64,000 nucleotides of DNA from Octopus bimaculoides. Its lineage: Eukaryota. Both the position numbers and the translations under genes were made by a program. The notes beneath the pieces were generated by a model. That model was not told the DNA's origin, did no database searches, and was given only the letters and a program-made list of their open reading frames with translations. Where the stretch lies: assembly GCF_001194135.2 (NCBI RefSeq), contig NC_069002.1, forward strand, positions 3,915,284-3,979,283, in the 5' to 3' direction. This document shows, piece by piece, positions 62,975 to 64,000 of this stretch (position 1 is its first letter; each line of letters opens with the position of its first letter).

Positions 62975-63660
62975 GTATGAACGTCCGCAGGCCTTGAAGC
63001 AAGGCCTTCGGGTGGGGATACTACATAGCCAGATATGAGTGGATCTGTGACAGACTGGAAGTTGAAGGTTCTATGGTCTTCAGGAAACAGCCTAAAGATT
63101 TTAATACGATGGACAAAACATTGCAGGGTTTACTCATCGTAAGTCAGAATAAAATGTTGGAAATACAACCTGAGATAGAACATTCGAGCGGAGTTTCAGA
63201 GTAGCTCACCCACTTTTCTTTTTTTCCTTATATATTTTATTAGGTGTTTTTATCTCGTCGCATCCCCCCATACTCCATACAGTCTAAACCTTGTCAGAAC
63301 CGATCCTTCTTTCTTTACAATTCACTTAGGTTTGGTGTCTCATATTTAAATTTTAACATTTCGTTACCGTTTCAGCAGAGTTACTTCCCTTGGTACAGTA
63401 GACCAAATACTGCCCTGAGCATCGTAAAATTGGAACTTACGTGATAAATAGGCCTGCGAACGTAGCTCAGTAAACTTAATAGAAGTCGGATGTAGAGGGT
63501 TTGTTGGACACTGTGAGACGACTGTTGTTATCGTTAGGCCTAATTCATCGTAAAGTAAATACCACCATGACCAATATCCAAACTACAGTGGAAAAGGTTA
63601 GCCACTGGATTTGGTTAAAAAGAGACGATGAGCGATGGCTAGAAGAATATTAAGCTTTAT
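62975..63660 (+). mobile_element. Decayed fragment of an RLE-endonuclease non-LTR retrotransposon (HERO/NeSL-like C-terminus)
   Basis: Broken frames give, in order, ALKQG, TDWKLKV, SRPNTALSIVKLELT*, IEVGCRGFVGH (63479-63511) and VSHWIWLKRDDERW. This matches the RPD...ELT...EVGCRGF...S.WLWLKR endonuclease tail. The clade assignment is tentative. Confidence 0.62.
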
Positions 63661-64000
63661 TTGACAACCAGTTGATGTAACAAGTGAGGCCTCATATCAA
63701 TGAGGTGGTAGGGCGGTGTGCATTGATGCCATCGAGGGGTAGGCCCTGACATAGCGAGCATTCTCTCCTGATGACCCCATACACTTGCTGCCTTCCGGTA
63801 TGCGGAGTTCTCGACTGGTAGTACTTGCATGAGCAAGTTGTTTGAAAAACATGATATTGATGATGCGTATAGCTTTTTGCACTCTTACTGATTCCCATTA
63901 GGCAGGTGGAACCAGGATGGGGTAATGTCATTAGCAGTGAATAATGGATTTATCTCTTGCTCAAAATAGCACAACCGTTTTAATATTTAAACTTGACTGT

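Noticed and set aside
63005-63140. Exon-like frame FGWGYYIARYEW...LLI followed by GTAAGT
   Set aside because: There is an upstream in-frame stop and no acceptor, and the other frames fit a retrotransposon remnant better.

Overview
Eukaryotic, AT-rich, repeat-dense animal genomic DNA from a draft assembly with 8 N-gaps. The SINE/MITE content and (TA)n density suggest an Octopus-type cephalopod; this is an inference. Three intron-rich housekeeping genes were reconstructed exon by exon using phase-consistent splicing. PRIM1 (DNA primase small subunit, +, 10753-20119) has 12 visible exons, one exon probably hidden in an N-gap, and one U12-type AT-AC intron. KPNB1 (importin beta-1, +, 28195-51822) has 24 exons and a 2631-nt CDS, and its last intron splits the stop codon. 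JMJD4 (JmjC hydroxylase, -, 61117-56433) has 7 exons and converges tail-to-tail with KPNB1. The rest is tRNA-derived SINEs, MITEs with piggyBac-, Tc1/mariner- and hAT-type ends, decayed Helitron and non-LTR retrotransposon fragments, micro- and minisatellites, and a 245-bp fold-back. There is no CRISPR array, rRNA or true tRNA gene. I found no wholly new multi-gene system. The most notable observations concern RNA processing: the AT-AC intron, an array of copies of a splice donor, the split stop codon, and inverted SINEs around an exon. Comparisons with human genes are from memory and need verification.
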